The notes beneath the pieces are model-generated. The model ran no database searches. It saw only the letters and a list, made by a program, of their open reading frames with translations, and was not told the DNA's origin. Made by a program: the position numbers and the translations under genes. Positions 38,039-50,569 of a stretch of DNA of 64,000 bases are shown here, piece after piece. Numbering within the stretch: the first letter of the stretch is position 1; the number at the start of each line of letters is the position of its first letter. Origin of the DNA: Lingula anatina (taxonomy: Eukaryota; Animalia; Brachiopoda); NCBI GenBank assembly GCA_051362555.1, contig CM120644.1:24822534-24886533 (forward strand), read 5' to 3'.

Positions 38039-40255
38039 TCATTTCTGAGCAATATACTTATACGTGGATATTTCTCCACCGGCGGTTCCAACAACAAGCT
38101 CCCCGTTACTGTTGACAGCGACTGATATAGGAAGTTCAATTTTGTCACTCTTTGTCAAAATGTTACGTAGAAATCTTCCGTCTGAACCGAGGACAACAAT
38201 CCTGTCATTATCACGGTCAGCTATGAATATGTGTCCAAACTTATCTACGCACAATCCATCTGGATTCCACAGTTGTCTGTCTCCACTTCCACTATGACCT
38301 CGTGTTCCGTATTGGAAAATGACGTCACCCTGGGGTGTCACTGCATACACACAGTGGGCCCAGTAGTCACTGACTATGATTGCATTGATGATGTGGTGGT
38401 ATGCACAGCGCAGTGGGTCATTACTGCACATTGGGATAGGAATTCTGTATATAAGTTGAAATGATGTCATGTTGTACACACAGATGTACTTTGCACCTCT
38501 ATCACACACGTATGCCTTACCCTTTGTACGGTCCACAGTGAAACCCCAGGGGTCAGACATATCACCTTGACCAAAACGTCGGATAACTTGACCTGATGTT
38601 GAATAAAGTCTACAACATTTATCTCTGCATGTGACCACGAATCTATCGTTACTGACTGTAGTGATACATCTCGCCCCTCCCTCTATACTGATATTACGAT
38701 TAAATTTACCTGTGCTGGAGAATACGGACAATGTAACGCTATGTAAAACTAAAATACAACCGTCATCAGTGCATTGGATGCCCCACAGTGGCCAGCTCTT
38801 AACATTAAAACGAATTTTCCGCTCTGGCTTGCCAAGCCATGTTACCTTACTTGTGACCTTCTGAAATTCAGTCAGGTCTTGACAGTGAGCTCTCTCTTGT
38901 TTTAAACTTCTAAAAGATGCATCTAAGGGACCCCGGTATGTTTTGGCCGTAATGGACCCCGTTTTGATGGACAGCGGTCGTGGTTCAGGGATTTTAGGAA
39001 ACTGTAGCACAACGTCCATTTTTGTTTGTCCTGGTATAAATGTTATGTCGGTGATCTTGATATCAAAGACTGGTTCTAATGTCTCTAACTCCTGAATTCT
39101 AGTTTGGAGTTTTTTAGAGTGGGTCATGACCTCGATGTCAGAACCGGTGTCTGTGAGCTGCTGAGAGAAATCACGAATGCTCTGGATGGGAATCTTGTTT
39201 ACTCGTTGCTTGTCCTTTTCAGCTTCTAAAGTCTTCATCTGCGTGGAGGTGAGTGAAATAACTTCTGTCATTATTTCGTTGCTTTTGTCACTTATAGCTT
39301 TCTGCATTTTGATGTAATCTGACTGTACTTTTGTTTGGTACGTTTCCAAATGGTGTTTCAGACTTGTTAAATACGTGTCGATCTGTTGACGTACGTCTTT
39401 CTCTACTTGTTGATAATAAGTGCTTAGTTCTCTTCCAATAGTTTCACTGTTTTCCATTAACTCCTTCGTCAAAGCTAATCTTTGAGAATCCACCAAACGA
39501 AGTACCTTTGAGATATTTTCTGTCAGCCGCTCTTCCGTTCGTACAATGGCTTGCTTTGCCCTTTCAAAATGAGACGACTTTGCACTTGGGAGACATCTCA
39601 GTTTTTCTTGTATCAATTTCCGTTGAACTTTCACAACATCTCCAATTTTTTTAAAGTCATGTTTACTGTGCGTTTCCAAAATACAATCTCTACATGCCAC
39701 GGTGTCATCCTCTTCACAATAGAATGTCAACAACTCGCCGTCGTGTTTGTCGCAGAACTGAGTTTTATCTAATACTTGTCGCAATTGTTCTCGCACGCTA
39801 GCTGGGTTAACTGAGTAATCGACTTGTGTCAGAGGTACAAAGTGATGTCCATTTAATGCGGGGATGCTGTCATGCAATTCACGGCATGTAGCGCACAGAT
39901 GGTTGGTTTTTGGACATCCTTGGCACAGCAAAGTGGCCTCTTTATGCTTACAATACTCACAATGTCTCCGCTCTGGCGCTTTCTGATCTTTCATGAAATC
40001 AGTTACTTTTCTTAGGAAGAAGTTTTTCACAAGAGTTTCTAACCCACCTGGTGGTACGGGGGCCTCTTGGCGACACACAGGACAAAAGAACTTGTACTGG
40101 ACATCATTATTGGCTGCATTGTCAGCAATGCATTTCAGACAGAATGTGTGGTAACAGGGGAGCACTCTCGGGTCTTTATATTCTCCAAGACACATATGAC
40201 ACGTAAGAAAGTTCTCACCGAAGACGCTGCACATCTCTTTCGAAACCATTGCCAT
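38039..40255 (-). CDS. TRIM-NHL protein copy 3 (intronless)
   Basis: Intact ORF with the same domain order. ATG homologous to the other copies at 40255; the ORF extends to an upstream ATG at 40354. Confidence 0.95.
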   Translation of the reverse strand: MAMVSKEMCSVFGENFLTCHMCLGEYKDPRVLPCYHTFCLKCIADNAANNDVQYKFFCPVCRQEAPVPPGGLETLVKNFFLRKVTDFMKDQKAPERRHCEYCKHKEATLLCQGCPKTNHLCATCRELHDSIPALNGHHFVPLTQVDYSVNPASVREQLRQVLDKTQFCDKHDGELLTFYCEEDDTVACRDCILETHSKHDFKKIGDVVKVQRKLIQEKLRCLPSAKSSHFERAKQAIVRTEERLTENISKVLRLVDSQRLALTKELMENSETIGRELSTYYQQVEKDVRQQIDTYLTSLKHHLETYQTKVQSDYIKMQKAISDKSNEIMTEVISLTSTQMKTLEAEKDKQRVNKIPIQSIRDFSQQLTDTGSDIEVMTHSKKLQTRIQELETLEPVFDIKITDITFIPGQTKMDVVLQFPKIPEPRPLSIKTGSITAKTYRGPLDASFRSLKQERAHCQDLTEFQKVTSKVTWLGKPERKIRFNVKSWPLWGIQCTDDGCILVLHSVTLSVFSSTGKFNRNISIEGGARCITTVSNDRFVVTCRDKCCRLYSTSGQVIRRFGQGDMSDPWGFTVDRTKGKAYVCDRGAKYICVYNMTSFQLIYRIPIPMCSNDPLRCAYHHIINAIIVSDYWAHCVYAVTPQGDVIFQYGTRGHSGSGDRQLWNPDGLCVDKFGHIFIADRDNDRIVVLGSDGRFLRNILTKSDKIELPISVAVNSNGELVVGTAGGEISTYKYIAQK

Positions 40256-40601
40256 TGGTAAATTAGAGCCCAGAGTGGGCACAGCTCCTCGCCCCCTACA
40301 TGCCTGCTGCCGCTCTCTACTGCTGCCAAAACCGTTGTACGCTTTATATATCATTTCATTGGCTACATGTGTGTATACTGCTTCAAATTTGTCAACAATC
40401 AGGTGATGTTGTCAATAACGAGGACGGTGTCAAAGTCTACAAAGCCAGAACGACCCAATCCTATTATGATATACCAAGGCCATGGCGCATGTTAATAACT
40501 CTGATGTATTGTTTGATAAAGTTATTTATACACATAACAGTCAGGGTGATATCAAAGTACAGCGTAATTTATCAGTAATATGGTGCTAGCAGCGGTGTTC
40601 C

Positions 40602-40644
<43 letters not shown>

Positions 40645-41864
40645 ATTGCCAAATAGGATTGTGGCTTGACCAACCATCGTAGCATGAAAACAGGAATAAA
40701 AGTTACTTTTATTATGGATGAATCATTTCACTTTATGTCATAGAAATGCAATATATAAATGAATGCTGTCATTTATTAATGATCCTTAATTTACTATTAC
40801 ATTACCATCTGATATCTCACTCCATTTGCAAGAGGTAACTTCAGGGGTGACTGCAGGTTTTAACTTGACAATTCACATAACTGTTCTGTTTTTTTTTTCC
40901 CAGAAATACATTGTTATGAGGATGAAACAACCATCCTTGAGCCCTTTTGCTACACACTATGAACAAAACAAGTGTCACCCCCTGAATCAGAGTAATCAAA
41001 GTTATAATGCCTGGTCTATTTATAATGTGACTAATGAGTATAAAACCGCTGTACCATGGCCTTTTTGTTTTAATTTGATGTTAATAAAATGATGCAAGGA
41101 GCATACCATTCCACAGTCATTTATCTCCCCCAAAGTATTGGTTCAGTAGGGTTGACACTTTTATAGTCGATTATGTGTACGTTATAGGGACACATAAATA
41201 AGACAACCTATGAATAGATTATTCAGAAACTAATATTGGTTCTTTGGATCAGTTCTGTAGCTTCACGGTTAAATATATTTGACAAGAACATTTTAAAGGT
41301 ATTTCGATAAATCTATTATTTTCATTTGCCATATATTTTTTTTATCAACCAAATTGATAACCTGGTGCATTTTGAGGTTCAACGGAACCAAATTAACGTT
41401 ATTTCCACTAATAGAAAATAGTGCATTTCAGATATTTCGCGATTAACATATATCGAATACTGTGTAAAAGCATTTCTTTAACTCCTAAACATATTTTAAG
41501 TGCCTTTTATGTCTCATTTTTTCAACGCATTTAGCCCCTAAGCACGTTTAGCTCCTAGGAGAGAGAGAGAGCTAAAAATATACAGTATCTGCTTCGACTC
41601 CAGGTAAGAAATTTGATCTCCTTCCTTTGCAAGAGTAACAATCCTTCCCCCTTCGCGGCTCACATGGAAAACACAGGTAGAGTGTGAATGAAATGAAATT
41701 AACTTGAAACACTCTCAATTATGCCTCTGATTGAAATTATCAGAATCATTATCAATCGTTAACACGCTGCGAGATCTTCCTATCTAACCGTTTACCTGTA
41801 CCAGTTTCGTTGAAATGTTAAATCTCTTCTTATACAAAAGGGAGGATATTCTAATCAACTAGGA

Positions 41865-42100
41865 CGCATGCAAACCATTTTCCTGGAAATTTTGTCAGAG
41901 GAACGTATATAAAGCGGTTTGAATGTTCTTAGTAATCGGGAGGTCCGAAGCCATTGGAAGCCCCCTGGCGTTCAGTTCAAGTCTTTAATGAATTGATTTG
42001 TGGTAAAAACTAAGAAAAGTTTGCCTCTGGTAATTCATATAAATATAGTTTGTACCAATGGCCCCTTTGACCTCTCTTTTGCTTGCGAATATTTCTCTAA
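41865..42100. repeat. Duplicated non-coding block, second copy at ~51070-51300
   Basis: aaaccattttcctggaaat...gaagccccctggcgttcagttcaagtct...gtaccaatggcccctttgacctctcttttgct is present upstream of both copy 3 and copy 4. Confidence 0.85.
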
Positions 42101-45100
42101 GAATAGTCTGTGTGCATGTGTGTGTGTACATGTGTTCACTGTTTGTCTGTTGGAAATTCGCGAGTAAGTTAAAATTGTTTTCTAGACCGAAAGAAATAAA
42201 ATTTCCATATACAATTATCACTTAATAATAACATTTTACAAATTTTTGAACTTCTTACAAAAACCCAAACCAGATGTACCAAATGCGACCTCCGTTCCCC
42301 TTTTTGCAACTTACGTCATGTATGACCCTATCCATATTTTGCTCTATCAATATATCTGTTGAATCATTAAAAAAGCGCAAGTCTTTAACTTCTAGTTGCA
42401 TGTTTCTATTAATGGGATAACAAATGTTCAATTTGGCCACTAAAGGGAATTTTCCTAGGGTAAACAACAATTTTCCCATGCTTCTACATTCAAATTTAGT
42501 CCCTGGATTTTTTTCTAAAAAGTATAGCCATCAATGCAGGTCACGTTTTCTCATGACAAGCTCAGATATCAGGATAATAGCTATAACTGCCGTTTTTGAG
42601 GTAAAATAGAATATATTACATCCCTATGAGTTGTTTGAAATGTATTTATTATGAAATATGGATATCATACGAACAGTTGTTATCCCTTTAAAGAGACTAT
42701 CCCATTTCATAAAGGTTGCAAAATAAATCAACCAGGAAAACTTGACGTAAAAACAATGAAAAATGTGAAGTCGAATTTAACACAATTTCAAACGAGTGGA
42801 TTTGAAGACGTGTCGGTGAGTATATTTAGAACAAAGAATATAAACATGAACTAAAATAAGAACCGCGCTCACCAAGAATATTGTAATAGGACTCCATAGA
42901 ACAAAACAGTGATAAAATAGATACATGCATATTATGATAAACATTGATCATATTTAGAGCTTTTCGTTAACCAGGAATATTACTCTTCATATTTTCATGT
43001 TATAGTATTCAAACTGTGTGTGTCATTTATTTTTTTTTTAATTTTCATTTTATTACATTTTTATGCTATTTTTAAATATGTTTCAAGAATTATGCAATGG
43101 CGTTCTTTTTTTTTTTTTTTCATTTTCATTTAAAAAGCAGACGACGTCGTGCTCTGTTCTCGGATGTAGTCCACCTGAGTGTCGTCTGCTGGAGGAATCG
43201 CTGGATCCAACAAATGTTCCCGCTCTTTACTCAGGTACTGTCGGACCTGCACATTAGGAAGTTCATGTACCACGCATGCGCTAAGAGCACTGCGTTGAAT
43301 ATTTAAATCTGTGGCGTCCCACCTGAAAAACTATCAGAGTCAATCACCCCTTGGCTCTCATGGAGTCAATCTGACTCTAAATTAGAGTCAAATTACCGGG
43401 GGCAAGTGTCTGACTGACCCCTTTCACCGACTCTTTTCGCTCGCTGGACAGTAAGCCTCGTTTCATTACTTGTGATGGCAGAGAGTAGACGTGGCGAAGA
43501 GAAGAGTTTTCATCAACCTTAGTCAGTATAAACATTACTTTATTGGCCAAAGTTGGTTTGATGTATTAACAAGTGGTTTTCTGTGTGTTTCTGCATGCAG
43601 AACTCGTGCACTTATTGCTGGCCTGGGCTTTCAGTTGACGCACCCTTTGTGTGATATGTTGGTATACAGATCAGCAGGTTTTTTTTCCAGGTTTGGCGCA
43701 CCAATAGTCCCTGGCCTGATAAGGGAAAGCACTTCTAGAAAAGCACTTCTGCTAAAGATTCATAGGACCAGACAATTTTCACTGAGAATGCAGATAATCA
43801 GTAAAACTATTGCCATAAGATGTTTCTAACCACGGAAAATGTACCAACTTTGAGTAAATAGCGCTTAAACGATTGTCGAAATGGATTTTCTTGTCGTTAG
43901 ATATAGGTACATACCGTCTATAACGGAATCATTTAATAATCGTTAAGGGAGTACAGGCATGCGTAACGGTGTCATCCACTACAGGTACATGTACGCACCT
44001 TTCTGTATTTAATACAATAATATACATTTTAACAAAACTGATGTTTATTCTGAATGAAATGTACATGTAAAATGGAGCTTTGTGAGCATAAATTTCCCTT
44101 TTTTCGTAACCTCGCACATTCATGGGCGGCAGTGTGTTTGAATTAGCATGCTATAAACATGCACGTGCGTAGTGGCCGTGGGAAAGCAATAAGGAGCTTA
44201 CCACAGTTATTTTTAGCCACGTCAGTCATAACAGCAGGAAGTAGGGGAATCCCCTGACGTTATATATTTATGCTTTTATTTTAATGATAAGTTATAATCT
44301 GGAGATATAAAAGATATAAAAGATAAAGGATATGAATATCGTTAAGTAATATCGGTAAGCCAACATCTTACTGGGTATGGTGCCACGTTATACTGCAAGT
44401 AAACCGCGTTCGGTGAAAATAAGGCTACTCCTCGGTGTATTTAATTTCAAAATATTTTCCTTTTTTTTCAGAAACCATTTCCATACAATGGCTATTAGCC
44501 AAAATATAGCTCATACCCCTCCCTCTCACGACCCCCCCCCCCCTTTTAGGATCCTGATTTTGAATCCTGTCCAGTGGGGAATACGAAGAACAGAGACCAG
44601 TGAGAAGAAGCGGGGTAGGGGGGTCTGCTACATCCTCTCACTGGGTACTATATTCTTCGTAGTCCGTCAAAAGCTGGACACTGTTTGTTAAATAATGCCA
44701 GAAGCGACTTCACAGTCGAAATTAAAATAGCAACGACCACTGAAAGAAAGATGTTCTGTTGTCGACCGCGTTTATGTACATGTTACAAAACTGAGCCTAT
44801 TATCAAAATAATAAAAATAAAGGAATTAAGGTCATCAGGACTCATTTGATTTTAGTTCTAAGACATCAAGTTGTTTATTGTAAACAGCAAAACACCATCT
44901 TTATCATTATTTGTGCATTCAATACACATCATTAATGTCTGTAAAAAAAAAGGTTAACATGGACATGAAAATTAAAAGTTTGAAACTTTTTTCATATTTA
45001 GGCCAAAATAAAAGTCCACTGTTAACATTTAAGCTCTATAAGTGAAGAAAGTATCGACTAATAAAAAAATAATACGTTTGTCTGCAATTAATAGAATTAC

Positions 45101-45292
45101 TTAATTAAAGTGATAAAATTGATTATACCATGCATCTAATCCATTTAGAACTTCGACACAGTTTCAATAACTATATACAACAAATATAGTGCCAACGAGT
45201 TGTAAGCTCTGTCAATTACACTTTCTTCAGTGATATTAATCACAATTCACACATTATCACATTATCACATTATCACAGTGCAAAATCGTGTG

Positions 45293-47509
45293 TCATTTGT
45301 AATCTATATACTTATACGTGGATATTCCGCCGACGAGAGTTCCAACAACTAGATCCCCGTTACTGTTGACATCAACTGATGAAGGATACTCAATGTCGTC
45401 ACTGTTGGTCAAAATGTTACGTAAAAACCTTCCGTCTGAACCAAGGACAACCACCCTGTGATTACCGCAGTCAGCTATGAATGTGTGTCCAAACTTATCT
45501 ACGCATACTCCATCTGGCTTACTCAGATGTCCGTCTGCACTTTCACTCTGACCTCGTGTTCCGTATTGGAACATGACGTCACCCTGGGGTGTCACTGCAT
45601 ACACACAGTGGGCCCTGTTGTCGCTGACTATGATTGCATTGATTCCTTGGTGGTATACACAGCGCAGTGTGCCTTTACTGCACATTGGGATAGGAATTCT
45701 GTTTACAAGTTGAAAAGATAGCATGTCGTACACACAGATGCACTGTGCACCACTATCACACACGTACACCTTACCCTCTGTACGGTCCACAGTGACACCC
45801 CAGGGGTCAGACATATCACCCTGACCAAAACATCGGATAACCTGACCTGATGTTGAATACAGTCTACAGTATTTATCCTCACATGTGACCACGAATCTAT
45901 CGTTACTGACTGTAGTGATACACCTCACCCTTCCCACTATACTGATATCACGTATACATTGACCTGCGCTGGAGAATACGGACACTGTATCACTAGAAAT
46001 GTAATCACTATGTAAAACTAAAATACAACCATAATCTGTGCACTGGATATCCCACGGTGTATCCCCCACGTTAAAACAAATATTCCGCTCCGGCTTATCA
46101 AGCCAGGTTACCTTCACAAATTCCTTCAGCGCAGGATAGTTCGCTCTCTTTTGTTTTAAACTTCCAAAATATGCATCCAAGGGACCCCGGTATGTTTTGG
46201 CCGTAATGGACCCTTTTTTGACGGACAGCGGCCGTGGTTCAGGGATTTTAGGTAACTGTAGGACAACGTCCATTTTTGTTTGCCCTGGTGTAAATGTTAT
46301 GTCGGTGATCTTGGTATCAAAGACTGGTTCTACTGTCTGTAACTCCTGAATTCTAGTTTGGAGTTTTTTAGAGTGGGTCATGACCTCGATGTCAGAACCG
46401 GTGTCTGTGAGCTGCTGAGCGAAATCACAAATGCTCTGAATGGAAATCTTGTTCATTTCTTGTTTGTCCCTTTCAGCTTCTAAAGTCTTCATCTGCGTGG
46501 AGGTGAGTGCCTTAACTTCTGCCGTTATTTCGTTGATTTTGTCATCTATAACTTTCTGCATTTCGATGTATTCTGACTGTACTTTTGTTTCATAAGTTTC
46601 CAAATGTTGTTTGACAGTGGTCAAATACGCGTCGGTCTGCTGACGTACGTCCTTCTCTATTTTTTGATAATAATCTTTGATTTCTCTTTCAAAAGTTTTA
46701 CTGTTTTCTTTTATCTCCTTTGTCACAGCTATTTTTTGCGAATCCACCAAACGAAGAACCTTTTTCTGATTAACTGTCAGTCTCTCTTCCGTTTGTACAA
46801 TAACCTTTTCTGCTTTTTCAAAACGAGATAATTTCTCAGTAGGGAGACATCTCAGTTTTTCTTGTATTAGATCTCGTTGAAGTTTCACCACATCCCCCAA
46901 TTTTCTAAAATCGTGTTTGCTGTGGACTTCTACAATACATTCCCTGCATATAATAGTGTCATCATTATCACAATAGAATGCCAGCGGTTCTCCGTCGTGT
47001 TTGTCGCAGTATTGAGCTTTATCTAATACGTGACGTAATTGTTCTCGTATACTAACTGGGTTAGCTGACGGATCTACTTGTGACAGAGGTACAATCAAAT
47101 GTCCCTTGCAATATGGAATTTTGTCGTGAACATCACGACATGTAGCGCATAGTTGGTTGCTTTCTGGGCAAACTTTGCACATAAAAGTGGCCTCTTTATG
47201 GTTACAATACTCACAAAGTCTCCCCTCGGGCGTTTTCTGGCCTTTCATGAAATCAGTTACTTTTCTTAAGAAGAAGTTTTTCACTAGAGTTTCTAACCCA
47301 CCTGGTGGAACGGGGGCCTCTTGGCGACACACGGGACAGGAGAACTTGTTCTGGACACCATTCTTGGCTGCATGGTCAGCAATACATTCCAGACAGAACG
47401 TGTGGTAACAGGGGAGCACTCTCGGGTCTTTATATTCCTCCAGACATATATGGCACGTTAAAAAGTTCTCACTGAAGACGCTACACATATCTCTCGAAGC
47501 CACTGCCAT
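45293..47509 (-). CDS. TRIM-NHL protein copy 4 (intronless)
   Basis: Intact ORF, RING, B-box x2, coiled coil, NHL. ATG at 47509 (MAVAS). Confidence 0.95.
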   Translation of the reverse strand: MAVASRDMCSVFSENFLTCHICLEEYKDPRVLPCYHTFCLECIADHAAKNGVQNKFSCPVCRQEAPVPPGGLETLVKNFFLRKVTDFMKGQKTPEGRLCEYCNHKEATFMCKVCPESNQLCATCRDVHDKIPYCKGHLIVPLSQVDPSANPVSIREQLRHVLDKAQYCDKHDGEPLAFYCDNDDTIICRECIVEVHSKHDFRKLGDVVKLQRDLIQEKLRCLPTEKLSRFEKAEKVIVQTEERLTVNQKKVLRLVDSQKIAVTKEIKENSKTFEREIKDYYQKIEKDVRQQTDAYLTTVKQHLETYETKVQSEYIEMQKVIDDKINEITAEVKALTSTQMKTLEAERDKQEMNKISIQSICDFAQQLTDTGSDIEVMTHSKKLQTRIQELQTVEPVFDTKITDITFTPGQTKMDVVLQLPKIPEPRPLSVKKGSITAKTYRGPLDAYFGSLKQKRANYPALKEFVKVTWLDKPERNICFNVGDTPWDIQCTDYGCILVLHSDYISSDTVSVFSSAGQCIRDISIVGRVRCITTVSNDRFVVTCEDKYCRLYSTSGQVIRCFGQGDMSDPWGVTVDRTEGKVYVCDSGAQCICVYDMLSFQLVNRIPIPMCSKGTLRCVYHQGINAIIVSDNRAHCVYAVTPQGDVMFQYGTRGQSESADGHLSKPDGVCVDKFGHTFIADCGNHRVVVLGSDGRFLRNILTNSDDIEYPSSVDVNSNGDLVVGTLVGGISTYKYIDYK

Positions 47510-47629
47510 GGTATAGGCGCCCAGAGTGGGCACAGCGCCCCGCCCCCTACATGCCGAGCGCCCCGCTCTACTGCTGCTAAGGCCGTTGCGTATGCTTTAT
47601 TTACCATTTAATAAGTTATCTATACTACT

Positions 47630-50510
47630 TCAAATTTGTCACCCGATCAACACACCATCATCAGGTGATGTTGTCAATAACCAGGTCGGTATCAAAGTCT
47701 AAAGTCTAAAGCCTGAACTAGCTGAGTGTTTGACATATCAGTTAAACACTTTGATGGGTGTCATTTCGGTGTTATGCCCCCCCCCCCCCCCCCCCCCCCC
47801 CCCACCGTATATCCCTTGGTGTTAGCTTTGTAGGTAACGAAATGAGTTAAATCGTAGTTGAAGCTTACAATTTTTAGAATGCTTCCATTTAGGAGTCTGG
47901 GCTGTACATTTACCATGACCCATTGTCAAATAGCGGGGACGTGGGCATCCTTGTTGCACACCAAAATGCACTTTCTAAATCGGTGTATGAGCAATTAGAT
48001 AGAGAGAAGTTGACTGAATGCAACCTGTTTTTACACAGAGTAACAAAGTGTTAAGGGCATTAGAAAGGCTGCTTGGACTTTAAACTGGGCCGAAATAAAG
48101 ATTAAAGCCCCTAGCATCTATACACCGAGCCGTCGTACATGTACAACGCCCCCCCCCCCCGACACACACACACACAAACACACAGGTACCGTCACGCTCT
48201 CGTACTGCCATTGTTGTTGTGTACGTGTATATATCCTTTAGTAGGTTATCTTAAGTAGGACCTGCTTTAATGTTGTCACCGATCAACACACCTCAATCAG
48301 CTGATGTTGTCAATAACCTGGACGTTATCGAAGTCTAGAGCCTAAACTATCTGAGTACTTGACATATCAGTAATACACTGTACACGTCTGTGTGCATGTG
48401 TTTGTGAGGGTTTGCGGTGTTGGGGTGTTTTGTCAATTCCTTTTGAGTCGACACTGCTTAACATATTTCTCTGTGGCCCCACGTTGTATTGATATGTTGA
48501 AATATTGAATCTATAGTGTGCCACGTGATCATATTTCCATTTTTTATCGTTATTTTAGTGTAACCTCAAGATCATAATTTAAGTGATATTCTGTTATCCG
48601 CCTATGTCAGGGCACTATAAAGCTAGCTTGTTCACTTTACCTTTTCATGTGTTAGCTTTACAGTTACCCTGAGAAATCGTGGTTATTTTGAGTATCCGTC
48701 AATCAAAGGAAGTGCTCTGCAGCGAACATGCAGTTGAATGTCTTTATGTCTATCTATACCACTTCAAAATTGTCACCCGATCGACACATCCCAATCAGGT
48801 GAAGTTAACAATAACCAGGACGGTATCAAAGTCTAATAACTGTCCTAGCTGAGTGCTGCTTGACATATCAGTGAAACATGTATACTGTGAGGGATGTCAT
48901 TCCGGTGACATCTGCCCCCCCCCCCCCCCCCCCCCCCTTGAAAATTTCCTTGTGCTTAGTATTGTAGCTATCGTAATAGGTATTAAAACATTAGTATACC
49001 CCGCTTATGCTATATAGTTGTCGGTTTGAAAATAGGTGACGTAATACATAATGCTACAGTTGAATCGTAGTTGAAGCTTTCAATGTTTAGAATAGATGAA
49101 GATATATTATAGAAACATATATTGAAGATTCAGATTCGGTGCTAGGTTTCATTTAAACACTGAGAAAGAAAAGAGCAGGAGTCTTGGTTGTGCATGTTCC
49201 ACGATCCTTTGTTAAACAGTCGGGGGGGGGGGGGGTCTACACAAAAAATGTACTTTATAAAACTGTTTATGAGAAGTTATATAGAGAGACGTCGACTGAA
49301 TGCAACCTGTTTTTAAATAAAGTGACAGAGATGAGAGAGGACAGAGATGATGGGATCTTTGGAAAGGGTGTTTGGATAAATTTAACTAGGATAAAATAAA
49401 GATCGAAGCCCCTAGTTTCTATATACCAAGCCATTGCCATGGTACATTGTACATGTATTAGCCCCCCCCCCCCCCTCCCCCCAACACACACGCGTGCGCT
49501 AACCGCCCTCCTCTACTGCTGTCAAGGCTGTTGTGTACGTGTAAATATCGTTTAGTGGGTTATCTGATATTTGATAGATTTTAAGTTGTCACCGATCAAC
49601 ACACCTCAATCAGCTGATGTTGTCAATAACCAGGACGGTAACAAAGTCTAGGGCTTAAACTAACTGAGTGCTTGACATATCAGTCATACACTGTGCACGT
49701 CTGTGTACATGTGTTTGTGAGGGTTTGGGATGTGGGGGTGTTTTGTCAATTCCTTTTGAGTCGACACTGCTTAACATATTTCTCTGTGGTCCCACGTTGT
49801 ATTGATATGTTGAAATATTGAATATATAGTGTGCCACGTGATCATATTTCCATTTTTTATCGTTATTTTAGTGTAACCTCACGATCATAATTTAAGTGAT
49901 ATTCTGTTATCCGCCTATGTCAGGGCACTATAAAGCTAGCTTGTTCACTTTACCTTTTCATGTGTTAGCTTTACAGTTACCCTGAGAAATCGTGGTTATT
50001 TTGAGTATCCGTCAATCAAAGGAAGTGCTCTGCAGCGAACATGCAGTTGAATGTCATTAGTCCAAAATAAAACGTAAAACTAATTTAATTTTGCTTTATT
50101 TAACACTATTTAATGTACCTAAGATGTTTATTGAAAATACATATATTTTTAAGAGAAAAAGATATTCCATGTGTTTTTGTATTTTATTGCTTATCAAAAC
50201 ATTTGTACCTGAAGATGGAAACAATACTTGCCGTGTGCCAAATGTGAGAGCTATGGCCGATACCACTGTGTGAATTGCGCAATGGCTACTTAAAAAAAAA
50301 AAAACATTTTTATAGCAGAAAGGCACAGCACCTAAACAACGCCTTCCGTTCCACTGATGCGTACGCAAATATATATTAATAAGTTATCGATACTACTTTA
50401 AAGCTGTCACCTGATGAACACATCCCAGTCAAGTGATGTTGTCAATTACAAGGACGATATCAAAGTCTTAGTAGCTGAGTGCTTGACATATCAGTGATAC
50501 ACTGTACACG
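47630..50510. repeat. Array of duplicated TRIM upstream (promoter/leader) modules
   Basis: tgtcacc(c)gatc.acaca...caggtgatgttgtcaataacc.ggac..tatcaaagtct...ctgagtgcttgacatatcagt at ~47636, 48274, 48771, 49587 and 50405. Near-identical ~470-bp duplication ~48272-48743 / ~49585-50064. Confidence 0.85.

Positions 50511-50569
<59 letters not shown>

Noticed and set aside
40256-40354. N-terminal extensions of TRIM copies 3 and 5
   Set aside because: Frameshifted in copy 1, absent in copy 2, and overlapping the TATA-like box; more likely 5' UTR.
48342-49837. Twin 60-aa ORFs
   Set aside because: GTG starts within a recent non-coding duplication, with no coding evidence.
47630-50510. CRISPR-like repeat-spacer array
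   Set aside because: Repeats are over 100 bp and degenerate, spacers are long and themselves duplicated, there are no cas genes, and the DNA is eukaryotic.
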